Assembly (NCBI GenBank): GCA_963666975.2
Contig: CAXVYR010000004.1
Location: 160,001 to 224,000 of the forward strand
Direction of reading: 5' to 3'
Length of the DNA: 64,000 nt
From: Terriglobia bacterium
GTDB lineage: Bacteria > Acidobacteriota > Terriglobia > 2-12-FULL-54-10
In this document: one piece after another, positions 40,631-50,516 of the stretch
Numbering within the stretch: the stretch's first letter is position 1
Layout of the letters: each line of letters begins with the position of its first letter
The notes under the pieces: model-generated
Told to the model about the DNA's origin: nothing
What the model saw: the letters and a program-made list of their open reading frames with translations, nothing else
Database searches by the model: none
Translations under genes and position numbers: made by a program

Positions 40631-41878
40631 TCAGTCTCGGAAATTTGCTTTTAATTCTCTCTTCAGCTCATTATGAGCCAATTCCTTGCCGCCGCGGATA
40701 ACCCAGGCGGGGGGTTGCTGGAGCCGCAGGACGTGTTGAACCGTGGGAGCAGCCAGCACGTTCAGATCGGCCTGGCAACCCGGAGCCAACCCGTAGCCGG
40801 GAAGACGAAGGGCCTGCGCAGCGTTGTAGGTGACGAACCGGAACGCTGCCTGGATCTCATCGGGAAAGGTCATGTGGGCAGCGTGGCAGAGGTGTGAGGC
40901 TACCTCCTGCTGGTCGTTTCGGCCGAAGGGATAGTACGGATCGTTGACATCGTCCTGGCTGGAGAACAGGTTGATCCCCATCTGCCACATCTGCTTGATC
41001 CGGGTGATGCCGCGTCGGATCGGCTCCTGGTCGGAGCGAGCTTGTAAGGCCAGGCTGATGTGCGGGTTGGTGGATATGTTCAAGCCGGCCTCCTTGACCA
41101 GGCCCATCACCTTCTGCGCGTGGAGCTCGTCATAGGCGGCCAGGGCCTCACAGTGGCTGGCGGTGACCCGGCCCTGATATCCCTCACGAATCGTCTTCAC
41201 TGCCAGATACTCCAAGGAGCGGCTGTTCGGGTTCAAGGTGTCGTCTACCAGCATATGGATGTCCTTGTCATATCTGTTGGCAAGCTCAAAGCAAAAGTCG
41301 ATGTGCGCTTTTGCATCTTCGTCCAGGTGCTCGTGCCAGGGAAGTCCACCGACCACGTCGGCCCCCAGTCGCATGCCTTCCTCCATGAGCTCCTTGGTTC
41401 CCGGGTCTCGGATGATGGCCTCCTGGGGGAAGTCTACAGCCTCGATACGGGCGATGCCGCGCCACTTCTCCCGCAAGGCCAGGATGCCTTCCAGGGGTCG
41501 CAGTCCCCCGATGGTGTCCACATCGGCAAAGACCCGAAACACGGTGGTCCCGTTGAGCACCCCCTCCTGAACCGCTCTGCCGGCCCGCTCCACAATGTCT
41601 TCCACCGTGTAGGCACGCTTGTGCTCCCAGGTTATCTCCAAACACTCCTGGAAGCTATAGGTCCGGTTAGGACGCATGATGTCTCCCAGATTGCACTTGT
41701 CCAGGTGCACATGGCCGTTGACGTAGGTAGGCGCTACCAGTCGTCCCTCCGCTGCGATCTCCTGCAGACCCTTCTCCTCGATGCGATCGGCCAAGGCGGC
41801 GATGCGGTCCCCTTGCACGCCGATATCCCAGATGCCTTGACGGTCCAGAAGTCGTGCCCCGCGTATAACTAGATTCAT
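40631..41878 (-). CDS. Cytosine deaminase/AtzC-like metal-dependent deaminase
   Basis: NGHVHLDK, FPQE, GADVVGGLP, VTASHC, QDDVNDPYYPFG. Confidence 0.85.
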   Translation of the reverse strand: MNLVIRGARLLDRQGIWDIGVQGDRIAALADRIEEKGLQEIAAEGRLVAPTYVNGHVHLDKCNLGDIMRPNRTYSFQECLEITWEHKRAYTVEDIVERAGRAVQEGVLNGTTVFRVFADVDTIGGLRPLEGILALREKWRGIARIEAVDFPQEAIIRDPGTKELMEEGMRLGADVVGGLPWHEHLDEDAKAHIDFCFELANRYDKDIHMLVDDTLNPNSRSLEYLAVKTIREGYQGRVTASHCEALAAYDELHAQKVMGLVKEAGLNISTNPHISLALQARSDQEPIRRGITRIKQMWQMGINLFSSQDDVNDPYYPFGRNDQQEVASHLCHAAHMTFPDEIQAAFRFVTYNAAQALRLPGYGLAPGCQADLNVLAAPTVQHVLRLQQPPAWVIRGGKELAHNELKRELKANFRD

Positions 41879-41963
41879 AAAACCATCTCTTCCCCTGATG
41901 AAGGCAATACTGAGGACGGCGGCGTAACGTGCTCCCGGAAGCTGGCGCTCTAGACCACTTTTA

Positions 41964-42170
41964 GGGTTTGTGTATCCCGTCAGGGCACGGCTTCAGCCGT
42001 GCCGAAACGCTCTCCAGCCAAATGCGCTTTAGCGCCTGAGGTAAGTCTTGAACTCTGATTGTTCCAGTAACTTAACCCCGACCTCAGCGGCTGAAGCCGC
42101 TGCCGTGATCCAGGTGGCGGCACGGTTAAAACCGTGCCCTGACAAGAGCGCAATATGGGATACACGAACT
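41964..42170. repeat. REP doublet cluster (REPIN-like) with inverted ends
   Basis: tcagggcacggcttcagccgtgcc ... ggcacggttaaaaccgtgccctga, inner cctgaggt/acctcag pair, outer gtgtatccc/gggatacac. Confidence 0.7.
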
Positions 42171-42271
42171 GCGAAACAGGTCTATAGCATTTCTCTTCTT
42201 GGTGTATATCTGGCAGTGGTAGCCACGACGAGCGCTTTCCTCGTCGTGGGTCGTTGCGGTCAATGAAAAGC

Positions 42272-42299
42272 CCACGGCGAAAAAACAATTCGCCGTGGC
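42272..42299 (-). terminator. Stem-loop, possible terminator
   Basis: ccacggcgaa-N7-ttcgccgtgg. Confidence 0.45.
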
Positions 42300-42351
42300 T
42301 ACCAAAGATTAGTCAGACTACACCAACAGGTGAAACGCTATAGCCGTCACT

Positions 42352-42594
42352 ATAGCACTTTCACAGTTCGTGTATAGTCAAAGCCGCGCGCCTTTCGGCA
42401 AGCTCCCTTCGGCTGCGCTCAGGGCAGGCAGGGCAGGCTCTCAGCAAGCGGTCTCCGAACGTTGGACGATTCAGCAGTTTGGGGGGGGACGCTCTCTGAC
42501 CCCTCGACTCTTCCCTCGGTTTCGCTCGGGACAAGGCTCGGGGCAGGCTCTCGCGGCTCAGATACTCTCTAAAACAACTGTAGAACCGGCTTAG
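42352..42594. repeat. Composite MITE/REP element, homologous to 48660-48865
   Basis: cactttcacagttcg..agccgcgcgc..tgacccctcgactcttccctcggtttcgctcgggacaaggctcggggcaggctctcgcggctc..aact..aaccggc. Confidence 0.75.
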
Positions 42595-44540
42595 AAGCCT
42601 TGGATCCTCTCCTTGAACTCCACGAATGTTGGATGGAGGAGCCTCCTCTCGTAACCTGCGGGGAGTTCTTTCTCCATGTCCTTATTCACCCAAGTAATCT
42701 TTCCTCCCAGGATCGTCATCAACACTTGAATTCTGTCAATCTGCTCCTCAGGGACTGTGAAATAGTCCTTATCGAGAACCATCAGATCACCGAAGTACCC
42801 GGGCTTCAGATCGCCAATCACATCCTCCCGCATCATGTAGCGGGCCGACCAGGCGGTAACCGTCTTCAGAGCCGTGGCCCGATCGACAGCCTCCTTGGCA
42901 TTGTACAGTTTGCCTCTGAAGTTTCGGGTAACCAGGAACTCTAACTCCCAAAAGTAGGGCACGTCATCCGTCGGGATTCTGTCCAGATTAACCGTGATCG
43001 GGATGCCGCCCTCTACGAAGCTACCGACCCGGAACATCCAGTCCTCGGTTTCCGGGCCAAACAGATCGAGCATCTCGTCACCCTGATAGATGTACAGCGG
43101 CGTCAGGGAAGGAATCATCTCGAATTCCTTCAGCCTCGCGATCTGCTCCGGTCGGACAAACAAGACGTGGTCGAAAGTAATCCTCATCTTCCGTATATCA
43201 TCCATAGTCAAGCCGCCTGCTTTCATTCCCTCAAGCGTCGCTGCCATCAGTTCGTCGATGGTCCTGTCTGCCACGCCGTGGAACTGTGCGGCTCTCACGC
43301 GGTTGGCAATCATCGCGGCCACTGCTTCCCGGAGAGGCGTGCCCGGGTCCAAGCCGCAGATCGGGAAATAATCCTTCCGGTACTTCTCCCTCACAGGCGC
43401 CATGGTGCAGAACACTCGGGCGAACGGAAGATCGCTGGCGCCCTCGCCACCCACTCCGATGTTCCAAAAAAGCTCGCTGCCGATTCCCGCAAAGTCACCG
43501 ACCAAAGGCAAGGTCAGTTTGGGATCGACGACATCTAGCACTTCACTCCGCAGTCCCATCAATTGGTGCGACCATCCTACCCGGACGGGCGCTGTTCCCT
43601 CCCGGGCCAAGTCTGCATGGGCGGAAAGGTCCGTTGTGTAGTTGACCCTTGTCCCGATCGTCGTTGCCCCGTAAGCGGCCAACTCCAGCATTACGTAATT
43701 GAGGCTTTGCTTAAACTCCTGGAAGTGCTTCTGCGCAATGACATGAATCGCCATATACAGCCGGAGCGGTACGGCCGATTTCGCGGTCCCATTCTTTTCC
43801 ACCTCGTCCAGATGACGTTTTGCCAACGGGCCAGGGTCCCTTTCTCGAGATGCTTGGATCGCCAACGTGTTGGCCGTGATCTCCAGCGGGATAAAATCTT
43901 CGGAAACGACAACCGGGTTATTCGGGACAACCCGGTCCAGCCAATCCTTATTAACGATCGGGCCGAAAAGATTTCTCCCCTGGCGGCTGACCAGCCCCAG
44001 AATCCACTTGTCGGGTCCTGGGCCCAGATCCTCGGCGGCCTTCTTCAAGTCGGCTTCGAGAGTTTCCACCATTGCTCTCGGGGGGTTATCCAGAATCGGT
44101 CCAAAGCCCCACGAGATGTCCGGCCTGAGTTCCTGGTAGCGATCGTCCGGCCCCGGGACATAGACCAACTTTACGTCCGGAATGAAAGAGTCAAACCGGA
44201 AGTAGTGTGCCCATTCGTTCGGGTGATTATGGGGATCCACAAACCCAGGCAAGACTGTCTTCCCTTTCAAATCGATCGCCAGTGTTTCCGGTCCCTTGAG
44301 CCGCAAAATCTCCTGGTCCGTGCCCACCGCTAAGACCTTGCCATCTCTAATGGCGATTGCCTGATGGAAGGAGACTATTTCCTTCATCAAAGGACCATCA
44401 AAGGTAGCTATCTTGCCGTTCCAGAGCACTGTTTCCGGATAGTGCAGGACTTCTGAGGGAATCTCTTGAGAGGACACGGGTTGAGAAAAGCCCATCAGGA
44501 ACGCAAAGACGAGAGTGAGGAAAATATTTGCTCTTTTCAT
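42591..44540 (-). CDS. Exported amidohydrolase family 3 (YtcJ-like) protein
   Basis: Signal peptide; DLKGKTVLPGFVDPHNH, FHGVAD, FDH, PGYFGDLMVLDKD. Confidence 0.88.
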   Translation of the reverse strand: MKRANIFLTLVFAFLMGFSQPVSSQEIPSEVLHYPETVLWNGKIATFDGPLMKEIVSFHQAIAIRDGKVLAVGTDQEILRLKGPETLAIDLKGKTVLPGFVDPHNHPNEWAHYFRFDSFIPDVKLVYVPGPDDRYQELRPDISWGFGPILDNPPRAMVETLEADLKKAAEDLGPGPDKWILGLVSRQGRNLFGPIVNKDWLDRVVPNNPVVVSEDFIPLEITANTLAIQASRERDPGPLAKRHLDEVEKNGTAKSAVPLRLYMAIHVIAQKHFQEFKQSLNYVMLELAAYGATTIGTRVNYTTDLSAHADLAREGTAPVRVGWSHQLMGLRSEVLDVVDPKLTLPLVGDFAGIGSELFWNIGVGGEGASDLPFARVFCTMAPVREKYRKDYFPICGLDPGTPLREAVAAMIANRVRAAQFHGVADRTIDELMAATLEGMKAGGLTMDDIRKMRITFDHVLFVRPEQIARLKEFEMIPSLTPLYIYQGDEMLDLFGPETEDWMFRVGSFVEGGIPITVNLDRIPTDDVPYFWELEFLVTRNFRGKLYNAKEAVDRATALKTVTAWSARYMMREDVIGDLKPGYFGDLMVLDKDYFTVPEEQIDRIQVLMTILGGKITWVNKDMEKELPAGYERRLLHPTFVEFKERIQGF

Positions 44541-44893
44541 AGCACCTCCACGCAGAATATTCGTAGATGTTATCGGTAAAGCTCTGTGATCACCTGCTTC
44601 GGACGCTTTTGTTATGGGCGACCATACTCCCCGCCTGCCTATCTATCAAGGCGTTTCCTGATTCCAGCTGTAGTTGTGCTGAATCGAGCTGCCGTATCCA
44701 TCAGGAAGTTTCTCCTTCGGGAAAAAACCTGTAGCTCGGCAGCAAGCGGTCCGTCAGCGGAACAAAAGCGTCGAACATCTCAACATAGGCCTGAAATGAG
44801 TGAACTTGACAATTCATCAGTATACTGTCTCCACTTCACTGATGGGACCCACAAGGCGGACTCCTACAACTCCTATTCTTGACGGTTGCGGTT

Positions 44894-46822
44894 TCAGTAA
44901 CTTGGGTGCCTGAAAACGGTCTTTCCTCCAACAGAGGTGAGCAAGGTCTGGATGGTCCCTATCTGGTTGTCGGGAATCACGAAGTAATCCTTGTCAATTA
45001 CAATAAAATCAGCCAGCTTCCCTACCTCCAGTGAGCCGATGTTTTTCTCGTTCAGCACCTGCTCAGCTCCCCAAATGGTAGCCGCCTTCATCAGGGTCAC
45101 TTTATCCAATGCTTCGCTTGGGTTGTAGGTGATCCCGTCATGGGGCATCACGCGGGTGGCAAAGAATTCCATAAAACCCCAAATGTTCCCGTCCCACTGC
45201 GGCGGGTAGTCCATGTCCTTCGACTCGGGAAGCACCTTGTGCAAGTGCGCGTCGGTGTTGAACACCACCTTCACGCCGGCGTCCGCCAGAGTCTTCACCG
45301 GGACAATCCAGGGCATGTACTGCTCGCCGTAGGCTTTCAGGAAAGCTCCGCCCTTGATGTCTCCCTGAACTTGGTACCCGTTAAAACTGGGCATGATCCC
45401 ATACCGGGCCATCTTCGCGGCCTGATCGGGGCGAAGAATCGGGTTATGTTCCGTGCTGATCCGGGCGGCCTGCACCTGCTCCAGTGTCAGGTTGCCGTTG
45501 GACATCGTCTCTTCAATCACGCTGAATAATGCGTCCATAGCCCCATCGCTATACACATGCAAGTAGCCGATCCGCAAACCGGCTTCCAGCGCCGCCCGCA
45601 CATTCCGGTAGCCTCCATACTGCTCGTAATCAGTCGCTCTGGGGTCCGAACAGGCCATGAAAAGTTCCACCGGGTTATTGGGATTCGGTTTGGCAGCGGT
45701 ACAGGTACCAACCCCTCCCTGCCCCTGAGGTCCCCATTCCCAGACTTCATTGGAAAGCCCGGCGTTCCAGATGTAATCGTTCCCGATTCCGCGGAAGTCT
45801 CCCAGGTTGCGATAAAAGAAACCGAGATCGTCCTTCTCATTGTCCCAATCGGTGCCCACAAACCACGCCCACCGGACGGGCAGCTCACCCCGCTGGTAGA
45901 GCAGATTGTGGGCTTTCATGATGGAAGGGGAGGCGTAATAATGGTTGCCAAAAGTAGTGACTCCCTGGGCCGCCAAACATTCCAGCAGTTCCCGCTTGAG
46001 AAAGTCCATCGTCTCCTCTATCCGCCCCCGGAGAAGAATGTCATATAAGACTCCGGTACGGGAGTATAGTCCCACTTTTTCGCGGCCCAGATACTTTTCC
46101 ATCTCCTGTTTGGCTTGGGTATTGTTGGCGGCGGGACCGATGGCCTCTCCGACCATCACCATGAGCGGGTTGTTCGGCGCCAGAGTGTCCAAGAATTCAC
46201 GGGTAAGCGGCGCAGATGACATTCCCCTCCCCTCCGCCCATCCCGCTTGCGGAAAGAGGGCATTGACGATCTTTCTCGATTCGACCAGGCTGTTCCCTCC
46301 AAACAGATTCACCCAAATCCACTTGCCGGGGCCCAATGCCCTGGCCCTCTGCCGGACAATCCGTTCCAGTTCCCGCAGCACCGTGGCCTGGTCATCACCC
46401 TTGGCGTAGAAGATCTGCAATTGGGGATCGTTGTACTTCTTGGCGGCAAAGTCTCCTTCCGAACCCAACCAGTGCTCCACAGCCCAGAGATGCGGATGGG
46501 TATGACCATCGATCAGGCCCGGCAGCACCCGCCGTCCCTTCGCGTCCATGACCTCGGTGTTGGGACCGGCCAGAAACCGGATCTCGTCATTCGTTCCCAA
46601 CTCCAGAATCCGGTTGTTCTTCACCGCCATGGCCTCCACCTCGGTCAACCGCGCGTCCATGGTGGAAATCTTGCCGTTGACGACAACCAGCTCCGGATAG
46701 GCATTGAGCCGGTCCAGCTTCCGCATCAAATCTGCCGCGCTTTGCCCCTGGGCCCTGCCAGGCAGGAGAAGAAAAACCAGGGCCCACAAAATCGACCCGC
46801 TCAAAAAGCTGAACCGTCTCAT
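44894..46822 (-). CDS. Exported amidohydrolase family 3 (YtcJ-like) protein
   Basis: Signal peptide; PGLIDGHTH, LHVYSD, TEH, NTD, GKLADFIVIDKD. Confidence 0.88.
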   Translation of the reverse strand: MRRFSFLSGSILWALVFLLLPGRAQGQSAADLMRKLDRLNAYPELVVVNGKISTMDARLTEVEAMAVKNNRILELGTNDEIRFLAGPNTEVMDAKGRRVLPGLIDGHTHPHLWAVEHWLGSEGDFAAKKYNDPQLQIFYAKGDDQATVLRELERIVRQRARALGPGKWIWVNLFGGNSLVESRKIVNALFPQAGWAEGRGMSSAPLTREFLDTLAPNNPLMVMVGEAIGPAANNTQAKQEMEKYLGREKVGLYSRTGVLYDILLRGRIEETMDFLKRELLECLAAQGVTTFGNHYYASPSIMKAHNLLYQRGELPVRWAWFVGTDWDNEKDDLGFFYRNLGDFRGIGNDYIWNAGLSNEVWEWGPQGQGGVGTCTAAKPNPNNPVELFMACSDPRATDYEQYGGYRNVRAALEAGLRIGYLHVYSDGAMDALFSVIEETMSNGNLTLEQVQAARISTEHNPILRPDQAAKMARYGIMPSFNGYQVQGDIKGGAFLKAYGEQYMPWIVPVKTLADAGVKVVFNTDAHLHKVLPESKDMDYPPQWDGNIWGFMEFFATRVMPHDGITYNPSEALDKVTLMKAATIWGAEQVLNEKNIGSLEVGKLADFIVIDKDYFVIPDNQIGTIQTLLTSVGGKTVFRHPSY

Positions 46823-46970
46823 CGTTTTTACCTCCTAGGGGGGAAGAATCTCCTAACTTCCAAAGCAAGCTTCTTAGCTGATCCTGCTCATGGTTTCATC
46901 ACATGGTGAACGTGGGTCTATGGTCACGAACTTCCCTCCCTTGCCCGCCAGGAAAACTGCAATCAGAACC

Positions 46971-48599
46971 TTATCCGGGATCCAGTGAGCCAATTTTTCC
47001 GGTCCAGAATTGTGGAAACCAGATTCTTCCCTGCGCATCCTCTCCCAAAAACCTGGAAATGGCGTCAAAGGTGGGAATAGGATACTCGGTAAATTCCTCG
47101 GTCTCCGGATTGAACCTTGTGAGCTGGTTGCCGGAAAAATCACTCACCCAAATGTGCCCGCTTCTCGCTACCAGGAGCCCGTACGGCGTCGCATGACGAG
47201 TAGGGAACGAATACTGCGTGATTTCCCCGGTTTTCGGGTCTAGTTTTCCGAGCTTGTGTCCCAGAAAGTTTGCGAACCATACATTGTCTTCCGAATCCAC
47301 ACCCACTCCACGAACGGCAGCCATCCCGGGCACTTCGTACTCGGTGAACTTGCCCGTCGGAGGGTCCAACTTCAGAATCTTGCCCGTGCTATACAGGCTA
47401 AACCAGACCTTGTCTTGAGAATCTACGCTGATTCCGTAGGGGAATGTTTCGATCCTATCCGGAGTCCGCTCTCCCGTCGCAGTCTGGGCGGACAGGCTGG
47501 TGTCCTCCGGAATCGTTTTGGGAACCGGCACGAGGAACTCCTCGAACTCCTCCGTCCGGGGATCGAACTTGGCGACTTTATTGGCAGTTCCCCCCTCTGT
47601 AAACCAGATGTTCCCCGCCGAGTCAATGGCTGGAATGTGAGAGCCTGATGAAGGCGTCGGGCCAGGGTATTCGGTTATTTCCCCAGTTTGGGGATCGACA
47701 ACGCCCAGGCTGCCTGCTCCGCTCATTGTCACCCAGACTCTTCCATCTTCGGCGACAGCCAGGGTGTGCGGCGCTGCTTTCGGCGTGGAAATGGGATACT
47801 CCTGAAAAGTTTCCGTCTGGATATCAAACCGTCCGATCTTGTTGGAAAAATAATCATACTCTCCGAACCAGACATTCCCTTTCGAATCCACCGTCAGGCT
47901 GTGGGGCTTGGATTTGGTAGGAATCACATATTCGCGGTATGTAGCCTGCAAAGCCGCGTCGCTGATGGGTGGACGCTGAATCTGCTCTCGTGCCGGAAGT
48001 GGAGAGTCCGATCCAAAATGTTTTTCCAGAATGGAGCTGATATAAGCCAGACGGGGCGCGGGCAAGCGGGGAATAATGAAACTGCTTCCCATTCCCAAGA
48101 TCAAGCCACTCCATTGCGCCGCCGTCAGTCCTCTCCTGTCGATGATGGGATTCAAGCTATGACAACCTAAGCAGGCCGCCTCCAATGCCAGCACATCCCG
48201 ATCTTCCGGGAGGAACGTGAGCCAGTCGGTGGTGGAGATTCGGTGTACATCCCAACTATCTTTCAACCGAAAACTAGCCTCCGCGGACTGGCCCGCTTCG
48301 ATACTCTGGATCTCCGTGCCCGGGGCGAACGCCCAGGCGGAGGCAGACACCACCCAGTTGCCGGGTTCCAGTCCTGTGATCTTGTATTGCCCCGTCTGGT
48401 CGGTAAAGCGGGAGATACTTTTGTCGTCCGCTGTGACTTTTACGATTGCCCCCCGCAATGGTTTGCCCCCCTCATCGGTCACCGTACCACGAATAGAAGC
48501 ACCCATTGCGGAACCACCGGAATGATCGCGGAGCCTGACGGCGAGCCAGCCCGCGGCGATCAGAATTACAATGGCGAGAACCGTTGTCTTCGTTTTCAT
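46971..48599 (-). CDS. Carboxypeptidase-regulatory-like domain + c-type heme + Vgb-like beta-propeller protein
   Basis: IRGTVTD..G Ig-like domain, CLGCH heme motif, repeated P.GI.VDS.GNVWF..KIG.FDP.T..F.EY blades. Confidence 0.85.
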   Translation of the reverse strand: MKTKTTVLAIVILIAAGWLAVRLRDHSGGSAMGASIRGTVTDEGGKPLRGAIVKVTADDKSISRFTDQTGQYKITGLEPGNWVVSASAWAFAPGTEIQSIEAGQSAEASFRLKDSWDVHRISTTDWLTFLPEDRDVLALEAACLGCHSLNPIIDRRGLTAAQWSGLILGMGSSFIIPRLPAPRLAYISSILEKHFGSDSPLPAREQIQRPPISDAALQATYREYVIPTKSKPHSLTVDSKGNVWFGEYDYFSNKIGRFDIQTETFQEYPISTPKAAPHTLAVAEDGRVWVTMSGAGSLGVVDPQTGEITEYPGPTPSSGSHIPAIDSAGNIWFTEGGTANKVAKFDPRTEEFEEFLVPVPKTIPEDTSLSAQTATGERTPDRIETFPYGISVDSQDKVWFSLYSTGKILKLDPPTGKFTEYEVPGMAAVRGVGVDSEDNVWFANFLGHKLGKLDPKTGEITQYSFPTRHATPYGLLVARSGHIWVSDFSGNQLTRFNPETEEFTEYPIPTFDAISRFLGEDAQGRIWFPQFWTGKIGSLDPG

Positions 48600-48659
48600 A
48601 GACTTCTCCTTCCCTTAGGGAACTAAAGGGCCCTTCCCTTAGCGGGCATGTGCTTTACA

Positions 48660-48865
48660 TCACTTTCACAGTTCGCGTGTAGTCAGAGCCGCGCGCGTAA
48701 TCAAGCGCTCTCCGAACGTCAGGTAAGCAAGCAAAGTTTGATGGACCGCTCCCTGACCCCTCGACTCTTCCCTCGGTTTCGCTCGGGACAAGGCTCGGGG
48801 CAGGCTCTCGCGGCTCGGATGGATTCACCGACAACGCACTTTACAGCAACTCTGAAACCGGCCTA
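48660..48865. repeat. Composite MITE/REP element, homologous to 42352-42594
   Basis: Shares the ends and an identical ~60-bp core. Confidence 0.75.
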
Positions 48866-48946
48866 GCCGGCTTCAAAGTGAAAGGTGTTTGTCGCTTGAG
48901 GAAACCTCAGCGATCAGGAGGCAGGCCGCTTCTTGCACTGCCTCGG

Positions 48947-50401
48947 CTAGTCTGGGAACAGCAGCTTCTCTTGATCCCTGGATCTGGACGGGCGTGGAAT
49001 TTGGTCGACGAAATCTCCGTGCAAAGTGGTATCCAGAACGCGCCCGCTCTGGATTACCCTGTGAATCTTCTGAGTGTTCCGGATGTCCTCCAGCGGGTTT
49101 GCATCCAGAATCACGAAATCCGCATACTTGCCCGGCTCCACGCTCCCCACCTCGTGCCATTTCCGGAACTTCTCAGCCGCATACCGTGTCGCCCCCAAAA
49201 GCGCCTTCATTGGAGTGAGTCCCGCATCGACCAGCAACTCCATCTCCCGGTGGAGGTTGATGCCGTACATCTCATAGGGCGTGGCATCGGACCCGGCCAC
49301 AATCTTACCGCCCGCCTCGGAAAACTGTTTCAGGAACAACTGCAGGTTCTTATACCCTTGCTGATACCTGGCGCCTGACTTGATCCGGCCAAAAGAATCG
49401 TAGGCCATGAAAATCCAGCGGCGGTCCAGCTCCGGGACGAAAGCGTAACTCGGGTCTGCCAACAAGGCCCGGTCCTCCTGCTCATACTGCTTGGAGAAGC
49501 GGTGGCCTCCCAGCCAGTAGCAGACCAGTGTCGGGGTGACGGAAGTCCCTTTCTCCACGAACAGTTTGATCAAGTCCCCGTACATCTCGGGTTTCATGTA
49601 ATAGAAGCTTTCCGGGAGGGTGGAGTGATCCACCATATACCCCGTTTCGGTGTACCTTTTTTCTTCGATTTCGTTCAGTTTTTCCCGATCGGTCATGGTG
49701 GCGATTTGAATGCCGCTGGCGTGCTCGATGGAATCCAGACCCATCAGGACGGCCTCCCGGGCGCTGATGGCAATATGGCCCGTTACGGGAATACCATTCA
49801 GGTGGGCTTCTTCAATGACCACCCGCAGCAGGTTCGGCCGCAGCTTTTTGTAAACCTTGATTGCATTCGCCCCCTGCGCCGCCAGAGTGCTGACGGCTTC
49901 TCGGGCGGCCGCCTCCGTGTCGACAACATACCCATAGCCGAAGGTGGACGGCGGGTTATCCACCATAGACCCGGTGGTATACACCCTCGGCCCGGGAAGC
50001 CGTCCCGTTTCGATGGCCTGCTTTTGAGAGAGAATCCACGCGCCGATGTTTCCCGTGTCCACGACGGTTGTGATTCCGTAGTGAAGATAGATGGGGGCGG
50101 AATAGCCGGCATAGTGCGTGTGGCCGTCAATCAAGCCGGGAAGGACGTATTTCCCACGGGCGTCAACCACGCGGGCTCCCGGAGGGACCGGCTGGTTCGC
50201 GTCGCCAGAAATGCGCAGAATTTTGTTATCGCGAACAACGATGACACCGTTTGTCACGGGCGGGGCGCCGGTGCCGTCGATGAGGGTTCCTCCTCGGATC
50301 ACCAGAAACGGGCTTTCTGCTCCCTCCTGGGCCTGCTGAGCGAAGGAGGCTGAGAAGTTTGCAAGAAACAGGACGACGAAGAAGGCGGTTAAGCGCTTCA
50401 T
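48947..50401 (-). CDS. Exported amidohydrolase, tandem paralogue F
   Basis: Signal peptide; DGHTH, AIKVY, TGH, EHA, AGSD. Confidence 0.92.
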   Translation of the reverse strand: MKRLTAFFVVLFLANFSASFAQQAQEGAESPFLVIRGGTLIDGTGAPPVTNGVIVVRDNKILRISGDANQPVPPGARVVDARGKYVLPGLIDGHTHYAGYSAPIYLHYGITTVVDTGNIGAWILSQKQAIETGRLPGPRVYTTGSMVDNPPSTFGYGYVVDTEAAAREAVSTLAAQGANAIKVYKKLRPNLLRVVIEEAHLNGIPVTGHIAISAREAVLMGLDSIEHASGIQIATMTDREKLNEIEEKRYTETGYMVDHSTLPESFYYMKPEMYGDLIKLFVEKGTSVTPTLVCYWLGGHRFSKQYEQEDRALLADPSYAFVPELDRRWIFMAYDSFGRIKSGARYQQGYKNLQLFLKQFSEAGGKIVAGSDATPYEMYGINLHREMELLVDAGLTPMKALLGATRYAAEKFRKWHEVGSVEPGKYADFVILDANPLEDIRNTQKIHRVIQSGRVLDTTLHGDFVDQIPRPSRSRDQEKLLFPD

Positions 50402-50516
50402 GAGTGTTTTCTCTCCTTCCGTTGAAAAGCAGCTGCCGGACACGAATAAAATTGCGGGATTGGTTCGCGGCGGGCCGCTCTCCGCTTCCCAGGCTCGCTT
50501 TTTTGAAGCGTCCCGC

